DNA from: Euprymna scolopes
Lineage: Eukaryota
Reading direction: 5' to 3' (one strand)
DNA: 64,000 nt
Assembly (NCBI GenBank): GCA_053919585.1
Contig: CM132786.1
The notes under the pieces are model-generated. The model ran no database searches and had not been told where the DNA came from. It saw only the letters and a list, made by a program, of their open reading frames with translations. The translations under genes were made by a program, and so were the position numbers. Within the stretch, counting starts at the first letter, position 1. Each line of letters opens with the position of its first letter. Positions 42,130-55,110 of this stretch are shown here, in pieces.

Positions 42130-42528
42130 TAGCAATCGGTGCCCGGCGTTGCCCAGGTGTTTTGAAGTGTATTCTGAGAAAAATAAAAACGGTCAATTTT
42201 TTTAAACTTTGACCCCTATTATGACCTCTTAACATTTATTGTTTAGGGATCAAGTAAAGTTAATAAGTTAGATCCATGTCCAAGGAATCTATATCTAAAA
42301 TATCACGTGTTTAGACCCTAAATTGTAGGAGGAGTTTGGTAGAGTTCTCAAAGGTAAAATTGTTGAATATTGGCCACTTCATCGCCAAATTTCTGTCGAA
42401 AACCTATCACATCGATTTTCCCAAATCTCAGTACCCTGTATATCAAATTTCGAATCTGTAGGCTTAAAATTGACAGAGTTTTAACGTAGGGAAATGCCCA
42501 CAGACGCACAGACGCACAGACACTATCA

Positions 42529-42532
<4 letters not shown>
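42129..42532 (-). mobile_element. Non-autonomous Helitron inside (TA)n
   Basis: Minus-strand 3' end cctgggcaacgccgggc..CTAG; 5' region gtctgtgcgtctgtg..catttccct..actctgtcaat is homologous to 5021-5085. Confidence 0.75.
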
Positions 42533-42585
<53 letters not shown>

Positions 42586-42996
42586 ATAAACATAATATAT
42601 ATAAGGATAATAGTACGCCATATATATAACAAAAAAACATTATTTACTGAAGTGAAAGGAAAACCCGGGGGAACTTTACCCAAAAATAAATCTATATTTT
42701 TTGTGTGTATTGATAGTCTTATAATCACCCCTTTTTTCTATTTATTTAAAAAGAAAGTACAACTTTGTTATTTATGAGTCGTGGAATTGCATTCATCTAC
42801 AAAAGATCTAGCTAATGTGCATATTTTTTATCGTTTTTAATTAATTCCCTATTAGTTTTTTCGGTTCTCTTATACGATGATCATCTTTATTTAACTATTA
42901 CGTGTAATTATATTCATACAGATATTCTATATGATTTATATTTGCGTAATTTTTGCGTGGAAATGAAGAAAATCAAATTTACTGTGTGTTTATCGT

Positions 42997-43018
42997 GTTG
43001 CCATAACAACGTGACGTA
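42997..43018 (+). promoter_or_regulatory. X-box (RFX)-like element abutting a CRE-like site
   Basis: GTTGCCATAACAAC followed directly by gTGACGTA. Confidence 0.35.
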
Positions 43019-43347
43019 GCCAAGGACGGTAGTGGACGTGAGTGTGTGTGCGTGTGTGCGCATGTTTTCGTGCTGTGTTTATATTATGCATATTGTTCGT
43101 ATCTTATCAACTTTTTCGAATCTATGTGTACAGTAATACAAACCCGTTTTTCGAGCTGAATAAATATGTTACATTGAATAAAAACACGAAATATATATCC
43201 AGTTTGGTAGAAAAGTAACTTATCTTGACTTTGATAACATTTATTTGTTATATATTTGTTTTTTGACAACTTTTTCGAATCTATGTGTACAGTAATACAA
43301 ACCCGAAATGAAAAGACCACGAGTGAACGCGCGTTTTTTTAGTTTAG

Positions 43348-43434
<87 letters not shown>

Positions 43435-43597
43435 TATTTTTAAATTTTATCATTCTAGCTTTAAAAAAAGTTTTAAAATTTTATCAGCCGGCATAATTTA
43501 TTTTTAAATATTGAAAAATTTCAGGAAAATTAATTTTTGCTAGATTTTCAAAACATCGTTTTCGTGTTGTGTGTACGTGTGTGCGGCTAGCACCAGA

Positions 43598-43631
43598 ATG
43601 GCGGATGTCGGAGGTTGGATTGTTAGATTGT
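43598..43631 (+). CDS. Candidate first coding exon of an unidentified host gene (MADVGGWIVRL, phase-1 donor)
   Basis: Strong Kozak context agaATGG, locally CpG-rich, consensus donor GTAAGT at 43632-43637; no downstream exon identified. Confidence 0.35.
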
Positions 43632-43824
43632 GTAAGTTTCGTATTTTGTAATTTGTAAATAACAAGTTAGGAAAAAATTAAACCCTTCCAAGATGGACAA
43701 TAAATAAAGCCATAATATTTTATGGTAAAGTTAAGAGCGTACGAACCATAGTTTTTAGGAGATGTGATTATTGGATTAACCAATCAGAAATCGTCTGTGG
43801 CACACACATCTCTGTTTTCATATA

Positions 43825-43855
<31 letters not shown>

Positions 43856-44469
43856 GCGTGTGCGTGTGTGTGTGTGCGTCTGTATGGCATAACAGAACCT
43901 GAAAGCTTAGGAAGATCACTATCATTTTAGTAATTATAGTAGCAATGTGACTCATATTAATGAATTAAAGAAACTTCCTAGCAGATATACCTGATTGACC
44001 AAGTGCAAAAAAAAAAAAGAGTCGAAAAATTGTACTCATAGAGATAGTCAGAATCATTTAAAAAATTCCTGGTTAAAAATTTCTGAGTTAGAGTTTAAAT
44101 GCTTAGAATCCATTTGTGTGCCTCGCTCGAAGCGGGAACAAACTGGTGAAGAAAATCCAAGAATAATATCTCATACAATATTGACATTATAATATATTCT
44201 AGTTTTAATTTTATTAATTCATTTATTACAGACTATTATCCTCATCTTTCTTAGTTAGTGTTTCACGACGTTCCGGCGAACTATTCATCTGGTCTTCTAC
44301 AACAACCATGGATGGTAGTAATTGCTGAGAATGCAGTTAGGAGATTCGGAGTTCCTATCCCGTGGCGGTTACCACCTATTAAATGTCAATAAATAAATTA
44401 ATAGATAATATTCATCTCAATAATGAATTAACAATAAATAATATATTTTTTTTAGTTTCATTCGGAACA

Positions 44470-44530
<61 letters not shown>

Positions 44531-44689
44531 GATTGATTTGTAGTTTGCTTGAAACATTGTGTGGGATAGGTATGTAGTAGAGATTTAGAAGGCTGTCACA
44601 ATGCGAGGAGTGAAATATAGTCGTTGTTGGTAAGAGAAGACGAGAACAAGTGGACATTTACAAATCAATAAGTACATACGTATATTTTA

Positions 44690-45160
44690 TATATACATAT
44701 ATTTAGTCAGTTGTATTGGTAAAATGTCTTACTTGTTATGTCTGCGACATATTCCATTATTAATTTCGGAAAAATTCCCTTTTCAAATGGTAAGCGTAAC
44801 AGATGGATTCAAAGCATGCTAGATGATGGATGCAATAATTTGGTCGATAGTAAAATGATCACAATTATTAAAAGTATAAATGAAGCGATCAAGAAAAGAA
44901 AAAACTGTCTGATCATTAAACTCAAAAATAAGTTATATAAAAAATTCAGCATTAGTAAAGTGTTGGTACTACATATAGTTTTAGTCAAAAGCTGAGGGAC
45001 CAATAAAATCAATAGTGTTGTTGTTAGGCATTGTAAATGAATTAAATAAAAAAAACAATTTAATCAGAATGTTCTTTAATAAAATCGGATAGTGCAACAT
45101 TGGTTCTGATGCCATAACGGAAAAAGGCTCGAAACGCGTTATAAACATATTTAAGAATAT
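44690..45160 (-). mobile_element. Decayed Penelope-like fragment (thumb/linker)
   Basis: TKTICSTN and LRLPFEKG resemble the PLE RA..ICS and .LPY.G motifs. Confidence 0.35.
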
Positions 45161-45419
45161 TAAAAAATGATAATAGTCTCCAAACAAAGATAGTTGCTGG
45201 CTACATTTTTTTAAATGCACATTGTTTTCCCTCGNNNNNNNNNNNNNNNNNNNNNNNNNNNNNNNNNNNNNNNNNNNNNNNNNNNNNNNNNNNNNNNNNN
45301 NNNNNNNNNNNNNNNNNNNNNNNNNNNNNNNNNNNNNNNNNNNNNNNNNNNNNNNNNNNNNNNNNNNNNNNNNNNNNNNNNNNNNNNNNNNNNNNNNNNN
45401 NNNNNNNNNNNNNNNAATT

Positions 45420-45648
45420 TTGAATTAAAGATCAATTTCAAAAGGAAAACAAATAAAATCCACTAGATTGTGCGATCGTTTCAGAAACGATGTTCATATT
45501 ATTTAAATTGACAATGAATGTTGACAATTATCTGACAAAAGTTTTGTCCTTTAGAAACAAAGTCTCCTCATTAGCAAAAATAGAGGAGAGACAGTGAAAG
45601 ACACCAAAATAAAACTAGCGTTTTAGTCGTATGTAAGGCAGATGCTCC
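45420..45648 (-). repeat. Dispersed repeat family copy 3
   Basis: Reverse complement contains catctgccttac..ctagttttattttggtgt and gctaatgaggagactttgtttc. Confidence 0.65.
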
Positions 45649-46463
45649 TTTTTATCTCCATTATAAAATATGTTTTAATTTGGCATGCTGTTATATTTTG
45701 ACAAAATATAACAACATTCCAAGAGATGGACTTACTAATAGCATGATAGTTTAATTATTCTGTAAAACCCAAAACTCACGACCTCATAAATAAAATNNNN
45801 NNNNNNNNNNNNNNNNNNNNNNNNNNNNNNNNNNNNNNNNNNNNNNNNNNNNNNNNNNNNNNNNNNNNNNNNNNNNNNNNNNNNNNNNNNNNNNNNNNNN
45901 NNNNNNNNNNNNNNNNNNNNNNNNNNNNNNNNNNNNNNNNNNNNNNNNNNNNNNNNNNNNNNNNNATTTTTTAAGATGTCTGAAAGTTTCAAGGCTACGG
46001 ATATTAGTATTCAGTTCCATGCAGCTAGAGAAAAGATTGTTTAGACTGTTTTTTATTTAAATAATCAGGTTATTGTATTTTACTTTAAAACGTAATATTT
46101 TTGAAGACGAGAATATAAAGGACGCCATAATAATTATATTATTCCTAAAAAGCTAGAAATAAAAATAGACCAAGTTAAAATAATATCGCAAAAAAAGGGA
46201 GGAGAAACTGTTATATAACTCTTAATATGCATTTTTTGTCTTTATTTTGCTGCAGTTTCTCATGTAAATAAATATCTATCTNNNNNNNNNNNNNNNNNNN
46301 NNNNNNNNNNNNNNNNNNNNNNNNNNNNNNNNNNNNNNNNNNNNNNNNNNNNNNNNNNNNNNNNNNNNNNNNNNNNNNNNNNNNNNNNNNNNNNNNNNNN
46401 NNNNNNNNNNNNNNNNNNNNNNNNNNNNNNNNNNNNNNATTTAATACCTTGTAAAAATTTATA

Positions 46464-46580
46464 AAAATCCGGCATAATCCCAATGCTTCACCGGTTCTAG
46501 CCAGATCATTAAAATTAATCAACGTAAGTTTGTCCAGTACCGGATGGGTGACCATTTAGGAACAGCAGGCGCTGTATGTC
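46464..46580 (+). pseudogene. 5S rRNA-derived sequence (pseudogene or SINE3 head)
   Basis: caccggttctagccagatca..aattaatcaacgt and agtaccggatgggtgacc..ggaa..ggcgctgt are colinear with invertebrate 5S rRNA, including the box C region. Confidence 0.65.
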
Positions 46581-47116
46581 CTCTCCGCTTTTCTCGCCGT
46601 TATTTCCAGTCATCCTGAATTTCCACTTGTCACTGTAACAGAAAGGATATGTGGTTGACATTGCGCAACTCTTGTCATAAAGAATTCACGCGCTAGTCAC
46701 AGCGTAATCGAAAAGTTGAAAAAGTGTTAAGCTTGCATTAGCCTTACAAGTCATCTGCGTACCCGTAGCACCCAACCAACTACAAAACAAGTAATGTTCG
46801 CGGTCTCCATCGATGACGATGGACGAATACCAATATATTATAGTTTACTCTTCAAAGAAGATAAAAATGAATTAATTTTATTAGGAATCGACAACCGAAG
46901 TAACTCTACGTTACATGATATAACGAAATTGAAGACTGTTGTCTGCTTATGAGAGCAAACTTGAACATACGGATGTAAACGAAATGTTGGTTTCTTTAAA
47001 ATGAACACTGTGTTTTAACAAAAATAAACATTTCTCAATGTATAAAGATTCATCGTTCATTGAAAAGAGGCACAAACGATGAAATATAAAATCGAGACGG
47101 GTACTATTTTGTCTCC

Positions 47117-50100
47117 TTGAAATACGGTCCCGGAAATGGCCGGAACAGTTTACTATTTAGACATTACATTATTTCATGTATATTTTTAGCAGTAAGTTTG
47201 GGATATAAAGTCGGTCCCGGAAATGGCCGAAACAGTTTACTATTTAGACATTACATTATTTCATGTATATTTTTAGCAGTGGGTTGGGGATATAAAATCA
47301 ATCCCGAAAATGGCTGAAACTGTTAAATATTTAGACATTAGATTATTTAATGTATATTTTTAGCAGCTGGTTTTTGATATAACATCAGTCCAGGAAACGG
47401 CTGAAACAGTTTACTATTTAGGCATGATGTTATTTAATTCATATTTTTAGCAGTGGATTTGGGATATAAAGTCGGTCCCGGAAATGGCCTAAACAGTTTA
47501 CTATTTACACATTACATTATTTTATGTATATTTTTAGTAGTGGGTTTTGGATATAAAGTCGGTCCCGGAAATGGTTGAAACAGTTTACTATTTAGACATT
47601 ACATTATTTCATGTATATTTTAAGCAATGGGTTTGGGATATAAAATCGGTCCCGGAAATGGTTTGAAAAGTTTACTATTTAGACATTACATTATTTCATG
47701 TAATATTTTTATCAGTGGGTTTGGGATATAAAATCGGTTTTGGAAATGGTTTAAACAGTTTACTCTTTAGACATTACATTATTTCATGTACATTTTTAAC
47801 AATGGGTTTGGGATATATAGTCGGTCCTGGAAATGGATGAAACAGTTTACTATTCAGACATTACATTATTTCATGTATATTTTTATCAGTGGGTTAAGAT
47901 ATAACATCGGTCCCGGAAATGTCTGAAACAGTTTATTATTTACACATTACATTATTTCATGTATATTTTTAGCAGTGGGTTTCTGATATAAAGTCGCTCC
48001 CAGAAATGGCTTAAACTGCTTACTATTTAGACATTACATTATTTCATGTATATTTTTAGCAGTGGGTTTGGGATATAAAGTCGGTCACGGAAACGGTCGA
48101 AACAGTTTACTAATTAGACATTACATTCGTGCATGTATATTTTTATCAGTGGGCTTGGAGTACAGAGTTGGTCCTGGAAATGGCCTAAACAGTTTACTAT
48201 TTCGACATTACATTATTTCATGTATATTTTTATCAGTGGGTTGGGGATATAAAACTAGTCCCGAAAATCGCTGAAACTGTTTACTATTTAAACATTACAT
48301 TATTTAATGCATATTTTAACAGTGGGTCTGGGATATAAAGTCGGTCCCAGATATGGCTGAAAAAGCTTACTCTTTAGACATTATATTATTTCATGTATAT
48401 TTTTATCAGTGGGTTGGGGATATTAAGACAGTCCCGAAAATGGCTGAAACTGCTTACTATTTAGACATTACATTATGTCATGTTTAATTTTACAAATGGG
48501 TTTGGGATATAAAGTCGGTCCCAGAAATGGTTTAAACAGTTTACTATTAAGACATTACATTATTTCATGTAGATTTTTAGCAGTGTTTTGGCCATATAAT
48601 GTCGGTAACGGAAATGAATTAAACAGTTTACTATTTAGAGATTACATTATTTCATGTATATTTTTAGCAGTGGGTTTAGTATATAAAGTCGGTTCCGGAA
48701 ATGGCTAAAAGAGTTTACTATTTCGACATTACACGATTTCATGTATATTTTTAGCAGTGAGTTTTGGATATAAAGACGGTCCCGGAAATGGTTGAAACAG
48801 TTCACTATTTAGACATTACATTATTTCATATATATTTTTAGCAGTGTGTTTGGGAGATAAAGTCGGTCCCGGAAATGGTTGAAACAGTTTATTTTTAGAC
48901 ATTACATTATTTCATGTATATTTTTATTAGTTGGTTGGTGATTTAAAGTCGGTCCCGGAAATGGCTATTTAGATATTAAATTATTTAATGTATATTTTTA
49001 GCAGTGGATTTGGAGTATTAAGTCGGTTCCGGAAATGGCCTAAACAGTTGACTATAAAGACATTACATTATTTCAAGTATATTTTGAGCAGTGTCTTTCG
49101 TATATAAAGTGGTCCCGGAAATGCCTGAAACAGTTTACTATTTAGACATTATATTATTTCATGTATATTGTTATCAGTGAGTTTTGGATATAAAGTTGGT
49201 GCCAGAAATATTTGAACCATTTTACTATTTATACATTACATTATTGCATGTACATTTTAAGCAGTGGGTTTCGGATATAAAATTGGTCTCGGAAATGGCT
49301 TAAATAGTGTACTATTTAGACATTAAACTATTTCAGGTATCTTTTGGCAGTGGGTTTGGGATATATAGTCGGTCCATGAAATGGTTGAAACAGTTTACTA
49401 TTTAGACATTGCATTATTTCATGTATATTTAGGCAGTGGGTTTGGGATATAAAGTCGGTCCCAGAAATAGCTTAAACAGTTTACTATTTAGACATTACAT
49501 GATTTCATGTATATTTTTAGCGGTGGGTTTGTGATATAAATTTGCTCACGGAAATGGTTGAAACAGTTTACTATTAAGACATTACATTATTTTTTGTAAT
49601 ATTTTTAGCAGTGGGTTTGGGATATAAAGTCAATCTAGGACATGGCTGAAACAGTTTACTATTTAGACACTACATTATTTCATGTATATTTTTAGCAATT
49701 AATTTGGGATATAAAGTCGGTCCCGGAAATATTTGAAACAATTTAGACATTACATTATTGCATGCACATTTAAAGCAGTGGGTTTCGGATATAAAATCGG
49801 TCTCGGAAATGGCTGGAATAGTTTACGATTTGGACATTACACTATTTCATGTATATTTTTAGCAATGCGTTAGGGATATAAAGTCGGTCCCGGAAATGGC
49901 TGAAAGAGTTTACTATTTAGACATTACATAATTTTATGTATATTTTCATCAGTGCGTTGGGGATATAAAGTCCGTTTCGGAAATTGCGTAAACAGTTTAC
50001 TCTTTAGACATTATATTATTTCATGTATATTATTATCAGTGGATTTGGGATATAAAATCGGTCTCGGAAATGGCTGAAACTGTTTACTATTTAGACATTA

Positions 50101-51365
50101 CATTTTTTACTGTATATTTTTAGCAGTGGGTTTAGGATACAAATTCGGTTCTGGAAATGGTTAAAACAGTGTACTATTTCGACATTACTTTATTTCATGT
50201 ATATTTGTAGCAGTGTGTTTGGGGATATAAAGTCGGTCCCGTAAATGGCTGAAACAGTTTACTATTTAGACATTACATTATTTCATGTATATTTTTAGCA
50301 ATATGTTTGGGATATAAAGTCACTCACGAAATGGTTGAAACATTTAACTATTTAGATATTACATTGTTTTATGTATATTTTTAGCAGTGGGTTTGGAACA
50401 TAAAGTCGGTCCCGGAAATGGTTGACACCGTTTACTATTTAGACATTACATTTTTGCATGCATATTTTTAGCAGTGGGTTTGGGATATAAAGTCGTCCCG
50501 CAAATGGCTTAAATAGTTTACTATTTAGACATTACATTATTCCATGTATATTTTTAGCAGAGGGTTTGGGATATAAAGTCGGTCCCAGAAATGGCTGAAA
50601 CAGTTCATTATTAAGACATTACATTATTTCATGTGTATTTTTAGCAGTGCGTTTGGCATATAAAGTCGGCCCCGGAAATGGCTGAAACAGTTTACTATTT
50701 ATACATTACATCATTTCATGTATATTTTTAGCAATGGGTTTGGGATATAAATTCGGTCCCGGAAATGACTGAAACAGTTTACTATTATTACCTTACATTA
50801 TTTCATATACATGTTTAGCAGTGTGTTGTGGATATAAAGTCGGTCACCGAAATGGCTTAAACAGTTCATTATTAAGACATAACATTATTTTATGTATATT
50901 TTTAGCAATGAGTTAGGATATAAATTCCGTCCCAGAAATGGCTGGAAAAGTTTACTATTTAGACATTTCATTATTGCATGTATTCTTTTATCAGTGGGTT
51001 TGGGATATAAGTCGGCCGCAGAAATGGCTGAAACAGTTTACTGTTTAGACATTACATTATTTCATGTATATTTTTAGCAATGGGTTTGGGATATAAAGTC
51101 AGTCCTTGAAATGGCTGAAGCAGTTTACTATTTAGACATCAAATTATTTCATGTATATTTTTAGCAATGGGGTAGGGAGATAAAGTTGGTCCCGGAAATT
51201 GCTGAAACAGTTTACTATTTAGACATTGCATTATTTCATGTATATTTTTAGCAATGCCTTTGGGATATAAAGTAAGTCCCGGAAATGTCTGAAACAGTTG
51301 TCGATTAAAACATTCTTTGATTTAATGTATATTTCAACAGTAGGGTGGCGGGCATAAATCAGTCC
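47117..51365. repeat. 87-bp tandem satellite, ~48 units
   Basis: Consensus gtcggtcccggaaatggctgaaacagtttactatttagacattacattatttcatgtatatttttagcagtgggtttgggatataaa; ggtcccgg recurs every 87 bp. Confidence 0.97.
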
Positions 51366-51367
51366 AG

Positions 51368-51572
51368 GTATTGAATGAGATGTGCAAATATATACTATTA
51401 AAAGCGTCGCCCAGTATTGAATGAGATAGGTGGAAAACATATACGAGCAAAATACCCAGCGTGGCTCGGGATCGAATGAGATCGGTGAACGATATATATT
51501 AGCAGAATATGCGGCGTCACCAAGGTTTGGATGAAGTAGGTGAAACATATATACTATGAGAATACCCAACAT
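51368..51572. repeat. Degenerate ~50-55-bp tandem repeat, ~4 units
   Basis: Recurring gaatgagat.ggt..aacatata motif. Confidence 0.55.
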
Positions 51573-51574
51573 TT

Positions 51575-53245
51575 ATTTATTTGTAATGAAATAATCAGCC
51601 CAGGCAATATATCGAAGTTATTATTTAAGTATGCCGGAGCGATGTAGTGGTTAAAGTTATCAAAATTATCGTCGAAATTAGTAACATACCCTAGAATTAT
51701 GAAAAACGATTAAATGTGAGTTACTTGATTTGTGTGTGTAATGATATAAAAAAGCCCAGGCAATATATCAAATATAAAGTATATATAAGTAGGAGTGAGA
51801 GGAAATAATGTGGGTTTTTAATTATAAAAAATATTGTCGAAATTGGTAACATATTCAGAATTATGAACAAAGATTAAATATGAGTTAATCGCGTGTGTGT
51901 TTATAATAAAATAATCAGCACTGGACATATATCAAAGTAATTATGTAAGCAAGGGAGGGCGATAAGGATGGTTAAAATCATGAAAAATAATTGTCAAAAT
52001 AAGTAACATATCCAAGAATTATGAAAAATAATAATATGTTATTTAATGCATTAGTGTGTTTGCAATGAAATAATCAGACCAGACAATATGTCAAATATAT
52101 TATTTGAGTAAACGGGGAGATTATGTGGGTTAAAATGATGAAAACTGATTGTCGACATAAGTAACATATCCAAGAATTATGAATAATGACGAAATGTGAG
52201 TTAATTGTTTGGTGTGTTTGAAATGGAATAATAATCCCAGATAATATATCAAAGTTATTATATTTGTAGTGGGTTGTTGATAATGTGGGTTAAATATATT
52301 AAAAATAATGGTCGCAATCTGTAACATATCAAAGAATTAAGAAAAATGATGAAGTGTGTGTTAATTGATACTTATGTTTTTTTATGAAATAATCAGCCCA
52401 GACAATATATCAAAGTATTTTTTAGTAAGAAAGGGCGACGAGGATGATTTAAATTATAAAAAAAATTATTGTCGAAATTAGTAAGATATCCAATAATTAC
52501 GAAAATGACGAAATGTGATTTAATTGATTGGTGTGTTTATAATAAAATAATCAGCCTAGAAAATATATCAAAGTTATTATATAAGTAAAGGGGAAGAAGA
52601 TAAGGAGGGCTTTAATTATGAAAAATTGTTAACGAAATTAGTAACATATCCAAGAATCACGAAAAATGATGAAATATTAGTTAATTGATTGGTCTGTTTG
52701 TAAGGAAATAATCAGCCTAGAAAATATATCAAAGTTATTAATTAGAAAAGTGCGAAGGGCGAAAATGTGTGTTAAAATTATGAAGAGTGATTGTCGAATA
52801 AAAGTAACATATCCAAGAATTATGAAAAATGATTAAATGTGATTGCATGCATTAGTGTGTTTGTAATGAAATAATCAGCCTAGAAAATATATCAAAGTTA
52901 TTATTTTATTAAGGTGTGGGATATGATGAGTTTAAATGATGAAAAATTATTGTTAAAATTAGTAATATATCCAAGAATTATGAAAAATAAAAATGATGAA
53001 ATGTGAGTTGATTAATAGTTGCGTTTTTTTTAATAAAATAATTAGTCTATACAATATATCAAATTTAATATTTTAGTAAAGGTAGAGGCGATAATGTGGG
53101 GTGAAATTATGCAAAATTATTGTCGAACATAGTAACATCTTTAATAATTATGAAAAATGATAAAATATGAGTTAATTGACCGGTGTGTTTGTAATGAAAT
53201 AATCAGCTCATGAAATATATCAAAGTTATTATTTTAGTAAGGGGA
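51575..53245. repeat. ~160-bp tandem satellite, ~10.5 units
   Basis: aataatcagc...aatatatcaaagtta...gtaacatatccaagaattatgaaaaa recurs at ~160-bp spacing. Confidence 0.93.
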
Positions 53246-53379
53246 TAGTACAGTTTTAATAAAAAAAACTAGAATATTGTTGTGCCTTCATTCATGCTGA
53301 ATAGAACGCTCACAGCATGCCCAGCAACAATATATTACATATGAAAAATGCTGCGGTGGAATTTCCACAGGTCCCGCTA

Positions 53380-53447
<68 letters not shown>

Positions 53448-53716
53448 TATTTCATGTATTATTTTATCTATACGTAATTCCCTAAGTATAAACATCATTC
53501 AGAAACTTTGGGAAACGTAAAAAAACAACAAAACAAAACGCATTCTTGGTCTAGCCTCCACTTTTCTGTTGCTCCTGATTTTACGTATATAACGCAAATA
53601 ACTTGTTGATATAGTACGACTTACGAGTTTAAATGATGTAAACGAAGCCAATTCAAGGATTGGTCCAGTACCAGCAACAAACAAGAAATACCAACTTCTA
53701 ATAAAGTTCAAATGTC

Positions 53717-53717
<1 letters not shown>

Positions 53718-53795
<78 letters not shown>
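53718..53795. repeat. (TAA)11 abutting (TTA)15, forming a palindrome
   Basis: Directly visible. Confidence 0.95.
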
Positions 53796-53800
<5 letters not shown>

Positions 53801-54049
53801 TAATACACAATCCTTTGTGTATCACAGTCCAAATCCACGCATTAATATAGTAGGGAAGACTATTTTCAAATATCGTTCTAAATTGGAAATGGAGCAACGA
53901 AATTATATTAAGTAGATATTAATAAGTCCCTCTTACATATTTTTTACTTTCTCATTTTTTAAATGGAGAGTATATAATGCACTGTGGATGTGTTATCGGC
54001 AGCTCCAATAACTCTCGCTTCTCCTTATTTGTCCTTCAGTCCTCATTTC

Positions 54050-55110
54050 CAATGAGTGATTTTTCTGACAGAGGATGAAAAAAAAGCTGCTTTCCAGGTC
54101 GGAAGTACTTGCGGAAACAGTAGCCTGAGATGTCGGAAATTTCTGTTTCTATGACCATCCTTGTGGCCATGTCACTAGTAAAGGTACTGGAGGTGCACGT
54201 TTTATCTGAACTGACGTTACCCGTCTGATAGTCAGGGACCCGAACGTTGGATTTACCACTAAGGATGCTATCCTATCAGCAGTTGCAAAGTTTACAGGGG
54301 CTGTTGTATTGCCATTTGGTGAATGGATTTGGGACCATGAAGTAGTTTCTCATGGGACATCTTTATGCCATACTAGTGGGTAATTGTTACGGCTTTACCT
54401 CATGTACTTTTTTCTCTTGCTTTCCCTCTCTATCCTGCACTAACAAAGTCTGTCGACTTGTTCCACAAATCCCCAAACCTCAACATGAAATATCTCCAGA
54501 AAAATACACGAATAAACCTATAACCCCATACTTCAACGTAGCCCCCTACTTCTATGTTTCCTCATCCAACATCAGGGGTCTACGTTCCAACCTTCCAGAC
54601 GTTGGAACCCAATTTCAGAAGACAAACCGGACATATTGTTCCTAAGCAGAACTGGCATTAGCCAAACCACTTCCCGAGATGAGTTTATAATTAAAGAATA
54701 CTCTAACTTACTATCTGACCCCCAAATCGCCATGGGCACGAAATATATACCTACATTAAAGATGGGTTTCCTTGTGCTAGAGATATCTCCAGAGAAGACT
54801 CTAATTTACCTTATATGTGCTGCTGGGTTGCACTTGCTTACACCACCGCCTTTATATTTGCCCTTTATCGCCCCCACAACAGTGGAGTTACTATTTTAAG
54901 AGTATTTCTGAGAAAATTGACCACCTCCTGTCTGCTCATTCTTAGGCTATCATTCACATGTGACTTCAATGTCCATAATGTGAAATGGCTGACCCACTCA
55001 AACGAGACAGATGATGGTCGGAGGTTCTGTCATGATTTCGCCATTGCCTATGATCTCACTCAGATTGTTCACAAACTCACCCGTGTGACCGATACTACGG
55101 GTCAGTATGC
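54050..55110 (+). mobile_element. CR1/L2-group LINE 5' region and APE endonuclease relic
   Basis: SNIRGLRSN, LYRPHNS, CDFNVHNVKWL, LTQIVHKLTR. Confidence 0.8.

Noticed and set aside
44262-44310. Hammerhead-like fragments here and at ~63705-63740
   Set aside because: Only a GAAACG-like half is present; no matching CUGANGA core or stems.
21076-46438. Six exon-sized N blocks (128, 165, 146, 181, 169, 157 bp) as hidden exons
   Set aside because: Flanks do not follow AG...GT on either strand and some abut microsatellite-like DNA; they are most simply assembly gaps, and ORFs spanning them are meaningless.
47117-51365. 29-aa repeat protein encoded by the 87-bp satellite
   Set aside because: Frequent in-frame stops and indels; no ORF longer than about three units.
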